Assembly: GCF_000195755.1 (NCBI RefSeq)
Contig: NC_002937.3
Location: 330,001 to 362,000 of the forward strand
Origin: Nitratidesulfovibrio vulgaris str. Hildenborough
Lineage (GTDB): Bacteria > Desulfobacterota > Desulfovibrionia > Desulfovibrionales > Desulfovibrionaceae
Direction: 5' to 3'
Length of the DNA stretch: 32,000 nt
The notes under the pieces were generated by a model. The model saw nothing but the letters and a program-made list of their open reading frames with translations, searched no databases and had not been told where the DNA came from. Positions 1 through 8,374 of the stretch are shown here, piece after piece (the first letter of the stretch is position 1; every line of letters starts with the position of its first letter). Made by a program: the position numbers and the translations under genes.

Positions 1-509
1 CAGTATGGGCAGCCGGGCGACGAGAACACGCGTGGCGACCGCGCCCCGTCCAGCTGGGCGAGGATGGTCTTCGCGGCTTGCGACAGGCCAGACGTGCGCG
101 CCGAGACGAGGAAGATGGCTTCGATGAAGGCCCTTGCCTCTTCGCCCAGCGGTGCCCCGGTGAAGCGGATGCGGTATTCTTCGGGGTTGAACAGCAGCGT
201 GGGCGAGAGTGTCACCCCGCGCTTGCGCGCCATATCCGAGTCGAGGCCATGGAAGGCAGGCTTGATGCGCGGTGCCAGCAGAGCGAGGTCGGCCACGAAA
301 CGGCGGGCGTAGTCGTCGAAGAGGTTCTTGGGGTCGCCTCCGGTGTAGACCTCGATGGTCACGTCGCCGGGCAGTCCGGCGAAGACCTTCTGCAACTGGT
401 CACGCCCTTCTTCGGGGATGAGCCATTCATGGGCTTCTGGAGTGGGCGTTTGCGTCTGCGTATCCGCAGCCTGTGCCGCGGTCTCTTTTTTCTTGAACAA
501 TCCGCTCAT
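1..509 (-). CDS. Glutaredoxin-like / protein-disulfide-oxidoreductase-type thioredoxin-fold protein (5' part; 3' end runs off the window start)
   Basis: This is my own minus-strand translation from the ATG at 509-507, with AGGAG 8 nt upstream. It reads MSGLFKKKETAAQ...EWLIPEEGRDQLQKVFAGLPGDVTIEVYTGG...LLFNPEEYRIRFTGAPLGEEARAFIEAIFLVS...RVFSSPGCPY and is open to position 1. The layout is a two-thioredoxin-fold protein ending in a CPYC-type motif. It is absent from the ORF track because it has no stop in the window. The + ORFs 64..312 and 78..527 are its antisense shadows. Confidence 0.7.
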   Translation of the reverse strand, partial: MSGLFKKKETAAQAADTQTQTPTPEAHEWLIPEEGRDQLQKVFAGLPGDVTIEVYTGGDPKNLFDDYARRFVADLALLAPRIKPAFHGLDSDMARKRGVTLSPTLLFNPEEYRIRFTGAPLGEEARAFIEAIFLVSARTSGLSQAAKTILAQLDGARSPRVFSSPGCPY

Positions 510-770
510 GGTGAAGACTCCTGTTGAACGGTGAGAGGACATTGCCATGCCCATAGCATGGAGTAAGCATCGCGCACAACGCGTAAAGGGCCTGATGCGC
601 TTTGTGCTTGCCTTTCGCCTCCGATGTCGGCAAAGCGGGGGTAACGCCGCCACCGTGCCCCGCCCCGTTTGCGGGGCGTATGCCATGAACATGCGGCCCT
701 TCCGGTGCAGTGGCGCAGGGCGGGGCGCAGGGCCGCGCGGCGCATACACCAGCACCTGAAGGAGCCACGC

Positions 771-1277
771 ATGAGCAATCCCATGATCCTTATGGAGACC
801 TCGTCCGGCGACATCCTCGTCGAACTTTTCGCAGACAAGGCCCCCGCCACGGTCGAGAACTTTCTCGCGTATGTGGATGAAGGGTTCTACAAGAACACGG
901 TGTTCCACCGCGTCATCAAGGACTTCATGATTCAGGGCGGCGGCTACACCGTGCGCATGGACGAGAAGCCCACCCGTGCACCCGTGCGCAACGAGGCCGA
1001 CAACGGCCTGAAGAACCTGCGCGGCACCCTCGCCATGGCGCGTACCGCCGAACCGCACAGCGCTGCTGCCCAGTTCTTCATCAACACCGTCGACAACGAA
1101 GACCTCGACCACACCGCCCCCACTGACGAAGGCTACGGCTACTGCGTCTTCGGACAGGTGGTGGAGGGCCTTGAGATTGTGGACAAGATTCAGAAGGTGA
1201 AGACCAAGCCGCAGGGCATCCACTCCGACTGTCCGGTGGACATGGTGGTCATCACTGGCATGAGTCGCTTCGACTAG
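771..1277 (+). CDS. ppiB: Peptidyl-prolyl cis-trans isomerase, cyclophilin type
   Basis: An in-frame ATG at 771 lies inside ORF 669..1277, with GAAGGAG at 758-764. The sequence MSNPMILMETSSGDILVELFADKAPATVENF...FHRVIKDFMIQGGG...GTLAMARTAEPHSAAAQFFIN is the classic cyclophilin signature. Confidence 0.93.
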   Translation: MSNPMILMETSSGDILVELFADKAPATVENFLAYVDEGFYKNTVFHRVIKDFMIQGGGYTVRMDEKPTRAPVRNEADNGLKNLRGTLAMARTAEPHSAAAQFFINTVDNEDLDHTAPTDEGYGYCVFGQVVEGLEIVDKIQKVKTKPQGIHSDCPVDMVVITGMSRFD

Positions 1278-1308
1278 GACGGCCCTGCCATCTGTGTGAT
1301 CGACATTA

Positions 1309-1330
1309 CGGGACGCCTTCGGGCGTCCCG
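1309..1330 (+). terminator. Hairpin after ppiB (9-bp GC stem, UUCG loop); weak U tract
   Basis: The hairpin is cgggacgcc-ttcg-ggcgtcccg, followed by ctgtcgttcc. The stem is clear but the U tract is poor. Confidence 0.4.
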
Positions 1331-1464
1331 CTGTCGTTCCGGGGTGCATGCCGTCGTCAGCCGCGCCCCGCGAACGGCGTGATGGCCCATGCCATGCTTG
1401 CGGCGACGGCCTCGCGCTGCTACTCAATCGCAAGCATCAACCACCCCACCAGCGAGGAGGACCC

Positions 1465-2106
1465 ATGCTCGCGATTCTCGACTACAAGGCGGGCAACCAG
1501 ACCAGTGTCCGCCGGGCACTGGACCATCTGGGCATCCCTTGCGTCATCACCGCCGACCCCGAGGTCATTCAGGGTGCGGCGGGTGTCATCTTCCCCGGCG
1601 TGGGGGCGGCAGGGCAGGCCATGAACGAACTGGTCACCACCGGTCTCGACGAGGTGCTGCGCCGTCAGGTTCAGGCGGGCAGGCCCCTGCTGGGCATATG
1701 TGTCGGCTGCCAGATCATGCTCGACTACAGTCAGGAGAACGACACCAAGGCGCTCGGCATCATCCCCGGCGAATGCAGGCTGTTCAACCCGGCATGGACG
1801 GACGAGGATGGCGCGCCCATCCGCGTGCCGCACATGGGCTGGAACCACATCGTCCAGCGCAGGCCGTGCGAACTGCTGAAGGGCATCGAACCGGAGGCGG
1901 AGTTCTACTTCGTGCATAGCTACTACCCGGCACCGCCCGAAGAGTACGTCATCGCCACCTGCACCTATGGTGCCGAGTTCTGTGCCATCCATGGCGGGCC
2001 GGGCCTTTGGGCCGTGCAGTTCCACCCCGAGAAGAGCGGACGCCCCGGTCTGCGGCTGCTCGCCAACTTCCACAGATACTGCACGGAGGCCGCCGATGCT
2101 CAGTAA
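1465..2106 (+). CDS. hisH: Imidazole glycerol phosphate synthase, glutamine amidotransferase subunit
   Basis: The internal ATG at 1465 is preceded by GAGGAGG. The sequence reads [25 protein letters not shown]...[12 protein letters not shown]...[11 protein letters not shown]...HMGWN...FYFVHSYY...VQFHPEKSG, which includes the class I GATase Cys-His-Glu context. Confidence 0.93.
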
Positions 2107-2875
2107 GCGAATCATCCCCTGCCTCGACGTGCGCGCGGGCAGACTCACCAAGGGCGTGAAGTTCGAGGGCAACGTGGACATCGGCGACCCGGTGGCCACT
2201 GCGCGGCGCTACTATGAAGAGGGCGCGGACGAAATCGTCTTCTACGACATCACCGCCTCGCACGAGGACAGGGGCATCTTCCTCGATGTGGTCGAGCGCG
2301 TGGCCTCGGAGATATTCATCCCCTTCTCGGTGGGTGGTGGCATCAACACGGTGGACGATATGCGGGCCGTGCTCATGGCAGGTGCCGAGAAGGTCTCTGT
2401 CAATTCGGGCGCGGTGAAGACCCCCGACATCATCAGTCAGGGGGCTGCGGCCTTCGGGTCGCAAGCCATCGTGGTGGGCATGGACGTGAAGCAGGTCGAG
2501 AAGTCCGCAACCATCCCATCCGGTTATGAGATCGTCATCCACGGCGGGCGCAAGTACATGGGCATGGACGCCATCGAGTGGGCGAAGACGTGCGAGTCGC
2601 TGGGCGCAGGTGAACTGTGCGTGAACTCCATCGACGCCGACGGCACCAAGGACGGCTACGAACTGACCCTCACCCGCATGATAAGTGATGCCGTGACCAT
2701 TCCCGTTATCGCCTCGGGCGGCGCGGGTAGCCCGGAACACATGTACGATGCGCTGACCAGAGGCGGGGCTTCGGCTGCGCTCATCGCCTCCATCGTGCAT
2801 TACGGCACCTACACCATCCCCGACCTCAAGCGCCGTATCTCCGGCATGGGCGCGAAGATGCGCATGGTGTGGTAG
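2096..2875 (+). CDS. hisF: Imidazole glycerol phosphate synthase, cyclase subunit
   Basis: The ATG at 2096 overlaps the hisH stop (ATGCTCAGTAA). The sequence reads [33 protein letters not shown]...[12 protein letters not shown]...SVGGGI...VSVNSGAV...[18 protein letters not shown]...[10 protein letters not shown]. Confidence 0.95.
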
Positions 2876-2877
2876 CT
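2782..2877 (+). repeat. Direct repeat copy A: the functional hisF 3' end (last 30 codons + TAG + 2 nt)
   Basis: By my hand alignment it is 85/96 identical to 3762..3857, with an offset of exactly 980 bp. Confidence 0.9.
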
Positions 2878-3761
2878 CTGTACACCCTGTTCGAGCATAG
2901 TGTGTCGCCCCTCTGAAGGTATCGATACAATGAAGAAACAATACTGGATGGCTGTTTATGGGATCAAATGAATTCATGATGTTCTATGAAAGGCTCGTTA
3001 GCGAGGGCGGTGATCGTTTGTACTATCAGTTTGGCAACGCAGTGACTGCTTGTCAGTACAAGACCGTCATCGATGTCGCTTCGCAGTATGTCTCAAGGAA
3101 GGCGAAAGTGCTCGACTGGTCGTGCGGGAACGGGCATTTTTCGCATTTTTTGACAACGAAGTGTGACAACATTCATGCAACATCTTTTGATGACAATATC
3201 AATAGCGTTCTTATGGGGAATCCAAAGTTCTCTTTTAAAAGAATTGAACCTGAAGAGCATACGAAGATGCCGTTCTCTGATGGAGAATTCGATTCGGTGT
3301 TCAGCATCGGAGTTCTAGAGCACGTGCATGAAACTGGCGGAGATCAGGTGGCATCGTTGCTTGAGTTGAATAGGATCATCAAGAAAGGTGGGCATTTTCT
3401 TTGTTTCCATCTTCCAAATGCACATAGTATTGTAGAAAGAATGGGGCAGTTCGTGCCGCAATGGGTGCGGACGCGATTCCATCTCGGGAGCCCTCATTCG
3501 AGGCGATTTTCGCGTGAAAATGTAGTGGCTATGTTGAAGCAGTCAGGTTTTTCAATGGTGGAGTATGGTTTTTATAACCTCATGCCACGCAACAGTATCA
3601 ATGCCTTGCCGGAAGTGCTCAAGAAAAGTGCGCATTTTGCTGATATATACAACGCAATAGACTCTTTTTTGCAGGCTAATTTCTCTAAGTACAGTACGCA
3701 GAGTTATTTTGTAGCCAAAAAGTTATAGTCGCTGTTTTTGAGTCGTCGGAGTCTTTTTTCG
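2878..3761. other. AT-rich inserted segment (probable horizontally acquired cassette) between the two hisF 3'-end copies
   Basis: There is a sharp compositional drop. For example, 3181-3240 has 19 G+C of 60 by my count, while the flanking genes have mostly G/C third positions. The segment is bracketed by the 96-bp repeats. No integrase or transposase ORF is present. Confidence 0.7.
2958..3728 (+). CDS. Class I SAM-dependent methyltransferase (Methyltransf_11/23-like), foreign codon usage
   Basis: Motif I is VLDWSCGNGHFSHFL and the downstream block is GEFDSVFSIGVLEHV. Codons are A/T-rich, unlike the neighbouring genes. The start is uncertain: ATGs at 2958, 2976 and 2979 all lack a good SD. 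Confidence 0.8.
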   Translation: MGSNEFMMFYERLVSEGGDRLYYQFGNAVTACQYKTVIDVASQYVSRKAKVLDWSCGNGHFSHFLTTKCDNIHATSFDDNINSVLMGNPKFSFKRIEPEEHTKMPFSDGEFDSVFSIGVLEHVHETGGDQVASLLELNRIIKKGGHFLCFHLPNAHSIVERMGQFVPQWVRTRFHLGSPHSRRFSRENVVAMLKQSGFSMVEYGFYNLMPRNSINALPEVLKKSAHFADIYNAIDSFLQANFSKYSTQSYFVAKKL

Positions 3762-3857
3762 CATCGCATCTATTGTGCACTACGGCACCTACACCATACC
3801 CGGCCTCAATCGTCGTCTCTCCGGTATGAGCGCGAAGATGCGCATGGTGTGGTAGCT
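3762..3857 (+). pseudogene. Direct repeat copy B: orphan hisF 3'-terminal fragment (30 codons + TAG) with no 5' part
   Basis: In the hisF-equivalent frame it reads [30 protein letters not shown], against [30 protein letters not shown] in hisF. There are 11 nt differences, 7 of them synonymous. Confidence 0.85.
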
Positions 3858-3884
3858 ATAAGCCCACGAGACCATGAAAATGAG

Positions 3885-3924
3885 ACCGCCGGACGTCTGC
3901 AGGACGTCCGGCGGTTTGTTCTTT
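3885..3924. terminator. Bidirectional rho-independent terminator between the hisF remnant and moaC
   Basis: A perfect 13-bp stem, accgccggacgtc-tgcag-gacgtccggcggt, is followed by tttgttctttgt on the + strand. On the - strand it is followed by tctcattttcat. Confidence 0.8.
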
Positions 3925-3950
3925 GTCAGATTTGCGGGGCGTGAGGAGTC

Positions 3951-4577
3951 TCATTCCGCCCGGAATGTGCCGCTCTTGCCCCCCGACTTGAAGACGAGAC
4001 GGCAATCGCGGATGACGATGTCCTTCTGTACCGCCTTGCACATGTCATAGATGGTGGCGGCGGCGGTCTGCGCGGCGATGAGCGCCTCCATCTCGACCCC
4101 CGTCTGTCCCGTGGTGCGGACTTCCGCCTCCAGCGCGATGGAGGGCGGGGTGTCGCGTACCTCGAAGCGTACGTCGGCATAGCTGATGGCGAGGGGGTGG
4201 CACATGGGAATGAGTTCCGCCGTGCGTTTCGCCGCCATGATGCCGGCTATCTTGGCGGTGGTGAGCACGTCGCCCTTGGGCAGGGCGCGGTGTTTGAGCA
4301 GGTCGAGGGTTGCGGCGGAGACCTCCACCACGGCGCGCACGATGGCGGTGCGTTGCGTGGGGTTCTTGTGCCCGACATCGACCATGGTGACGGCCCCGTC
4401 TTCTGTCATGTGCGAGAAGGCGGCCCTTTCTTTCACGGGGTCGCCGCAGGTCTCCGGCCCGCAGTCGAGGTCGTGTCCCGCCCGGTCGAGGGGCGAGGTC
4501 TCATGGCTTTCGGCGGAGACTCCCTTGCTGCGGTTAGCGTGGCTGTCAGATGTGGCGGAAGTGGTCTTGCGGGGCAT
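3951..4577 (-). CDS. moaC: Cyclic pyranopterin monophosphate synthase MoaC, with ~50-aa N-terminal extension
   Basis: The core reads [31 protein letters not shown]...[31 protein letters not shown]...[29 protein letters not shown] lies 7 nt upstream of the ATG at 4577. Confidence 0.9.
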   Translation of the reverse strand: MPRKTTSATSDSHANRSKGVSAESHETSPLDRAGHDLDCGPETCGDPVKERAAFSHMTEDGAVTMVDVGHKNPTQRTAIVRAVVEVSAATLDLLKHRALPKGDVLTTAKIAGIMAAKRTAELIPMCHPLAISYADVRFEVRDTPPSIALEAEVRTTGQTGVEMEALIAAQTAAATIYDMCKAVQKDIVIRDCRLVFKSGGKSGTFRAE

Positions 4578-4592
4578 GGTGCGCTCCTCGGT

Positions 4593-5201
4593 TCAGTTCT
4601 TCAGGGTCACGCGCTGCGTCTTGCCGCCCTTGACGGTGACGCGCTGCATGAGTCCCACGCCTTGCGGTTTTTTGCGGGCGTTGGTCCAGACGATGCCTGT
4701 CGTCACATAGAAGTCCCCGTCCGTCAGGTTACGGAAGGTGAAGTCGCCGCTGTTGTTGCAGTACGTCTGCGGCTGGTCGGCGAGGTAGGCGGGGTCTTCC
4801 GTCACCTTCTGGCGCGGCGGTGCGCCGTCACCAAGCGGAAGGACCCCGGACGTGTCATCGCCATAGAGGATGTTCATGCGTTCGCGCGAATACGCAGTGA
4901 CGGGAATCAGCGTCACGGGGCGACCGGCACAGGTGACGACCTTGCCGTCGTCGGTACGCGCCTCGGCATGACCGGCGATGGTGTTGCGTCCCTTGACCAG
5001 CTTTTTGCGGGCCTCTGCCCTGTCATACTGCTGGGTCATGACGGCAGGGGGAGGCGTGCTGCGTGTGGCGGCGGTGCCGCCGTCATGCCGTGAGAGGGCG
5101 GGGGGCAGGGAACAGCCCTGCAACAGCAGCAGTGGCAGCAGGAGCATCAGCAATGGCAGCGGGGTGATGACGCAATGGTGTCGGGTCAGGGCGTATCTCA
5201 T
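4593..5201 (-). CDS. Lipoprotein of unknown function (C-terminal carboxypeptidase-regulatory-like beta domain by composition)
   Basis: The signal peptide carries a lipobox: ...LLMLLLPLLLLQGC. The C-terminus reads NNSGDFTFRNLTDGDFYVTTGIVW...RVTVKGGKTQRVTL. No SD is seen before the ATG at 5201. Confidence 0.65.
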   Translation of the reverse strand: MRYALTRHHCVITPLPLLMLLLPLLLLQGCSLPPALSRHDGGTAATRSTPPPAVMTQQYDRAEARKKLVKGRNTIAGHAEARTDDGKVVTCAGRPVTLIPVTAYSRERMNILYGDDTSGVLPLGDGAPPRQKVTEDPAYLADQPQTYCNNSGDFTFRNLTDGDFYVTTGIVWTNARKKPQGVGLMQRVTVKGGKTQRVTLKN

Positions 5202-5225
5202 GGTTGCCGACTACCAGAGGCTTCG

Positions 5226-6290
5226 TCAGGGCACAAGGCCGGGGTGCTCAGTGTCTGCGGATGGGCTTGCCGCTGCATCAGTCGGGGCGGATGTCATGCC
5301 CGGAATCTCACGAAGCGAGACGCATAGTCGCGTGCCCGTGGGCGGGGCGTCATCCAGCGTGTGCACAAGAAGCTCTTGTCCCTCCACATCAAGCAGCAAC
5401 TGCATGACCTGTCCGGTGAAGCGGGCGGAGACGAGTACCGCCGGGCCATCGGCCCATGGGCGTACCGCAAGGGCTTCGGGCCTGTAGAGGCGTAGTCCCT
5501 GCATGGTGTCCGCACACGCCGTGGCTGCCGCGGGGGGCGTGTCGATACCAAGCGTACGGCGTGTCGTCTCGTCCAGCACGGTGACCGGGCCAAGGAAACG
5601 GGCCGTGGCCTCGTCGGCGGGATGCCGGTAGACATCCAGCGGCGGTGCCAGTTGCGCCAGCGTACCACCAAGCATCACGCCCAGCCTGTCGCCGATGGCG
5701 AAGGCCTCTTCGAGGTCGTGGGTGACGGTCACCGTGGCTACGCCGAATCGTCGGACGACGTCGCGTACAAAGGCCGCCATCTCGCCGCGCAACCCCCTGT
5801 CGAGGTTGGCGAAGGGTTCGTCCAGCAGAAGGACTGCGGGGTCGCAGACAAGGGCCCGCGCCAGCGCCACACGTTGCCGTTGCCCTGCGGAAAGCTGGGC
5901 CGGATAGCGCGATGCCATATGGGCGAGGTCGTCGGTGTCGAGGCGGAAGGCGCGTAGCATGGTGTGGACGCGTTCTTTGAGTGCCGCGCCGCGCACGCCC
6001 CGCGCCCGTGGCCCGAAGGCCACGTTCTCGAACACCGAAAGATGCGGGAAGAGCAGATAGTCCTGAAAGACGAGCACCACGCCGCCCCCGTGTCCTTGAG
6101 GGGGCGTCACGCGGATGGTGCCCTCGTCGGGCGCGTCCAGTCCGGCGATACAGCGCAGGAGCGTGGTCTTGCCCACGCCGGACGGCCCCACGAGGCAGAC
6201 GACTTCGCCCGCGGCGGCGGTGAGGTTCACGTCATGCAGCACTTCGCGTCCGGCGAGAGTGCGGCCCAGACCTTCTACCGCAAGAACCAC
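5226..6290 (-). CDS. ABC transporter ATP-binding protein (CysA/PotA/FbpC-like importer ATPase with C-terminal regulatory domain)
   Basis: Walker A is GPSGVGKTTLL, followed by FQDYLLFPHLSVFENV, the signature LSAGQRQRVALARAL and Walker B LLLDEPFANLD. I place the start at GTG 6290-6288 (GGAGG, 4-nt spacer). The longest-ORF start at 6389 would overlap the upstream gene by 115 nt. Confidence 0.88.
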   Translation of the reverse strand: MVLAVEGLGRTLAGREVLHDVNLTAAAGEVVCLVGPSGVGKTTLLRCIAGLDAPDEGTIRVTPPQGHGGGVVLVFQDYLLFPHLSVFENVAFGPRARGVRGAALKERVHTMLRAFRLDTDDLAHMASRYPAQLSAGQRQRVALARALVCDPAVLLLDEPFANLDRGLRGEMAAFVRDVVRRFGVATVTVTHDLEEAFAIGDRLGVMLGGTLAQLAPPLDVYRHPADEATARFLGPVTVLDETTRRTLGIDTPPAAATACADTMQGLRLYRPEALAVRPWADGPAVLVSARFTGQVMQLLLDVEGQELLVHTLDDAPPTGTRLCVSLREIPGMTSAPTDAAASPSADTEHPGLVP

Positions 6291-7381
6291 GAGACCTCCG
6301 CGAGGTAGCGTTCGATGGTGCGCAGTGTGTCGGGGTGGGCCAGCGGGCGTCGGTCTGTGGCGTATTCCTGCCATGCCATGTAGCACCACGCCAGACCGCG
6401 CAGGAGCACCGCCCGCACGAGCACGTCGGTACGCACGGCAAGGGCGTCGAGGTCGGGGACGTCTGGTGCCATGTCGCCGTGCGGTTGACCGCCGGGGGCG
6501 TCGGGCGCAGTCGTGTGGAACGCGGCCTCGTGAGTGACGCCCTCTGCGGTGTCGGTGGTGTCGAAATGGCAGTCGGCCACCGTCTCACGTCCGGCAAGGC
6601 GGGTCAGCGCGTCGCGGTAGGCTGCGAGAAAGCGCCTGCGGTCGGCTTCATCCAGTACCGTGTCCGTCTTCCACAGTGTGGTGGTGGGGGCGAGAAAGTG
6701 CCCCAGATCCTGATAGCGAGGTGTGACCACGGCCTTCTCCCAGTCCACGAGGCGGGCCACGCCATCGTGCACGAGAAAATTGCCCGAATTGACCTCCGTG
6801 TTGGCGATGACCTGCCGTTCACCCTCGAACAGGGCGCGGGTGTCTTCGCCGAGGCGTACCACGCGCTCATGGTAGCGCAGTAACGCATCACGCACGTCGG
6901 TACGGGGGTGGTCGGGAAAGCGGTGGATGAGCCGCAGTCCGTCGGCGGCGATGTCGGCCACGGGGTCGGGTTGGCGCAAGAGCGGACAGCCTCGCGGCAC
7001 GACCACGGAATGGACGGCTGCGAAGGTGTGTGCTGCGGCTTCAAGGTCGGTGCGATAGTCGAGTGGGCGTCCCGGCAGGTATTCCATGAGCAGCGCACCG
7101 CCTGAAAGGTGGCGGGGGCGCGACTTCACACGCAGGGCGCGCGGGGTGACGCCGGAAGGATGGACAGCACGCAGCACGGCGTATTCATAGCCGATCTGGT
7201 CGGCAAAGCGCAGCTGGCTGCCGTGATTGACGCGCAGCACCTCGTCACGCCCTTCATGACGGATGCGCCAGTTCTCGTTGTATTCTCCGGCAGCGAGAAA
7301 ACTGATGGCAGAAGCGGGCACGGGCGTAGCGTACCACGCCATGTGTTCGAGAAAGCGTTGTACGGTCTCGATGGTTTCCAT
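6275..7381 (-). CDS. Phosphotransferase-family (APH / choline-ethanolamine-kinase-like) small-molecule kinase
   Basis: The ATG at 7381 has AAGGAGG upstream. The sequence reads METIETVQRFLEHM...FLAAGEYNENWRI...VLRVNHGSQ...LLMEYLPGRPL...NSGNFLVHDGVARLVDWEKAV...YQDLGHF, which contains the Brenner-type catalytic loop and the D-W-E metal site. The ORF-track N-terminus (to 8071) is an artefactual extension. Confidence 0.8.
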   Translation of the reverse strand: METIETVQRFLEHMAWYATPVPASAISFLAAGEYNENWRIRHEGRDEVLRVNHGSQLRFADQIGYEYAVLRAVHPSGVTPRALRVKSRPRHLSGGALLMEYLPGRPLDYRTDLEAAAHTFAAVHSVVVPRGCPLLRQPDPVADIAADGLRLIHRFPDHPRTDVRDALLRYHERVVRLGEDTRALFEGERQVIANTEVNSGNFLVHDGVARLVDWEKAVVTPRYQDLGHFLAPTTTLWKTDTVLDEADRRRFLAAYRDALTRLAGRETVADCHFDTTDTAEGVTHEAAFHTTAPDAPGGQPHGDMAPDVPDLDALAVRTDVLVRAVLLRGLAWCYMAWQEYATDRRPLAHPDTLRTIERYLAEVSWFLR

Positions 7382-7766
7382 GGCGGCCTCCTTGCGGGGC
7401 GCTACGCGCCCGGTGCCGCACAGTGTTACAGCAACGGCGGAGGCGTCGCAATGCCGGATGGCCGCGCGGGGCGCCTCGACTGGCATGGGATGCCTGTCTG
7501 GCGTGGATGGCGCGTGGCGTGTGGCTGTGGGCTGTGGTCCATGGCGGCAGGCATGACGTGCCACACATGGTGCCGCTTTGCTGATGGGAAGAGGACGAGG
7601 TATGCAACCGGGTATGCAGCCGGGCATACCGCCGGACAGGGTGTCGGGCGGGGTTTCGGTATCTAGGGGTTGGAAATCACGGCGAAATGGGGTAGGCCTG
7701 TGTTTCCGGTCAGAAATCCGTATCCCGAACACCCTCAACGCAAAAGCCGTCGCCGGTCCTTCCATC

Positions 7767-8108
7767 ATGACCTCCGAACAGAAGCAACAGCTCAGGGACA
7801 AGGTAGGCCGTGAGATCGAACGCCTCACGCGCGATATCGAAGCCCTGAAGGAACTCACCCGCCCGGTGCCCCCGGGTGCGGACAGTCTGGATGAAGTCTC
7901 TCGCATGGATGCCATCCAGAACAAGAGCGTCAATGAAGTGGCCCTCGCCACGGCACGCAAGCGTCTCGCCGGACTGGAATACGCGGTGAAGCGCCTTGGC
8001 GACGACGACCCCGAATACGGGTACTGCGTGGAATGTGGCGAAGCCATTCCCTTCGCTCGCCTGATGTCCATGCCCGAAGCGAGCCGCTGCGTGAACTGCG
8101 CCGAATAG
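7767..8108 (+). CDS. DksA/TraR-family C4 zinc-finger protein
   Basis: The sequence reads MTSEQKQQLRDKVGREIERLTRDIEALKE...DEVSRMDAIQNKSV...YGYCVECGEAIPFARLMSMPEASRCVNCAE, with a CxxC-N17-CxxC finger. There is no obvious SD at 7767. The upstream in-frame ATG at 7602 has an SD, but the stretch between uses rare codons. Confidence 0.8.
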   Translation: MTSEQKQQLRDKVGREIERLTRDIEALKELTRPVPPGADSLDEVSRMDAIQNKSVNEVALATARKRLAGLEYAVKRLGDDDPEYGYCVECGEAIPFARLMSMPEASRCVNCAE

Positions 8109-8374
8109 CCTGCGCGGTTCCGGTATTCCCCGATGCCAGCCCCGACCGGCCTAGCCGTGCGGGGTCTTTCATGTCGCCCTGATGGTTCTCAGGCAGCCCG
8201 CAGTGGTGCCCCGTCACGGCGTATCCCCCGTTGCGTTTCGTGGTGAACGGCGTGCACGCCGTCGCGCCTGCCTCTCCGTTGTCCGGTCTGTGCGCCGCCC
8301 GGCCTCTTTCGCGTCCCGCCTCGCCTTAGCAGCCACCCGTCGCCTAGCCATCGCGAGGGCATGTCGGCATGATG

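Noticed and set aside
547-759. 70-aa ORF with GAGAGG upstream, between the glutaredoxin-like gene and ppiB
   Set aside because: The Arg/Gly/Ala-rich product includes a GC hairpin (661-678). It is more plausibly divergent promoter/leader sequence.
7568-7582. Sigma-54-like TGGTGCCGCTTTGCT upstream of the DksA/TraR gene
   Set aside because: The GG to GC spacing is one nucleotide short (N4 instead of N5 between hexamer and TTGC). Sigma-54 spacing is essentially invariant. Similar hits at 14325-14340 (TGGCGC-N5-GCGCA) and on the minus strand upstream of cheX (TGGACG-N5-GCGCT) have correct spacing but lack the TT of the -12 element, so they are not reported as features.
7382-7766. Possible TPP or other riboswitch in the 385-nt leader of the kinase/ABC operon
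   Set aside because: I read both strands and found no CUGAGA / ACCUGAUCUGGAUAAUGCCAGCG-type THI-box elements, nor any other riboswitch core I recognise. Only a covariance-model scan could settle it.
7602-7766. Upstream in-frame ATG with GAGGA SD that would lengthen the DksA/TraR protein by 55 aa
   Set aside because: The added segment uses many rare codons (ATA, AGG, GTA, TCT, TCA, CGA, TGT). It has no coiled-coil character and contains the GGTATGC-N6-GCATACC palindrome. It more likely belongs to the leader.
7382-8071. N-terminal 230 codons of the 598-aa ORF 6275..8071 (would extend the kinase)
   Set aside because: The extension is Pro/Arg/Ser-rich and runs antisense through the DksA/TraR gene. 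The internal ATG at 7381 has a perfect AAGGAGG, and the kinase fold begins there.
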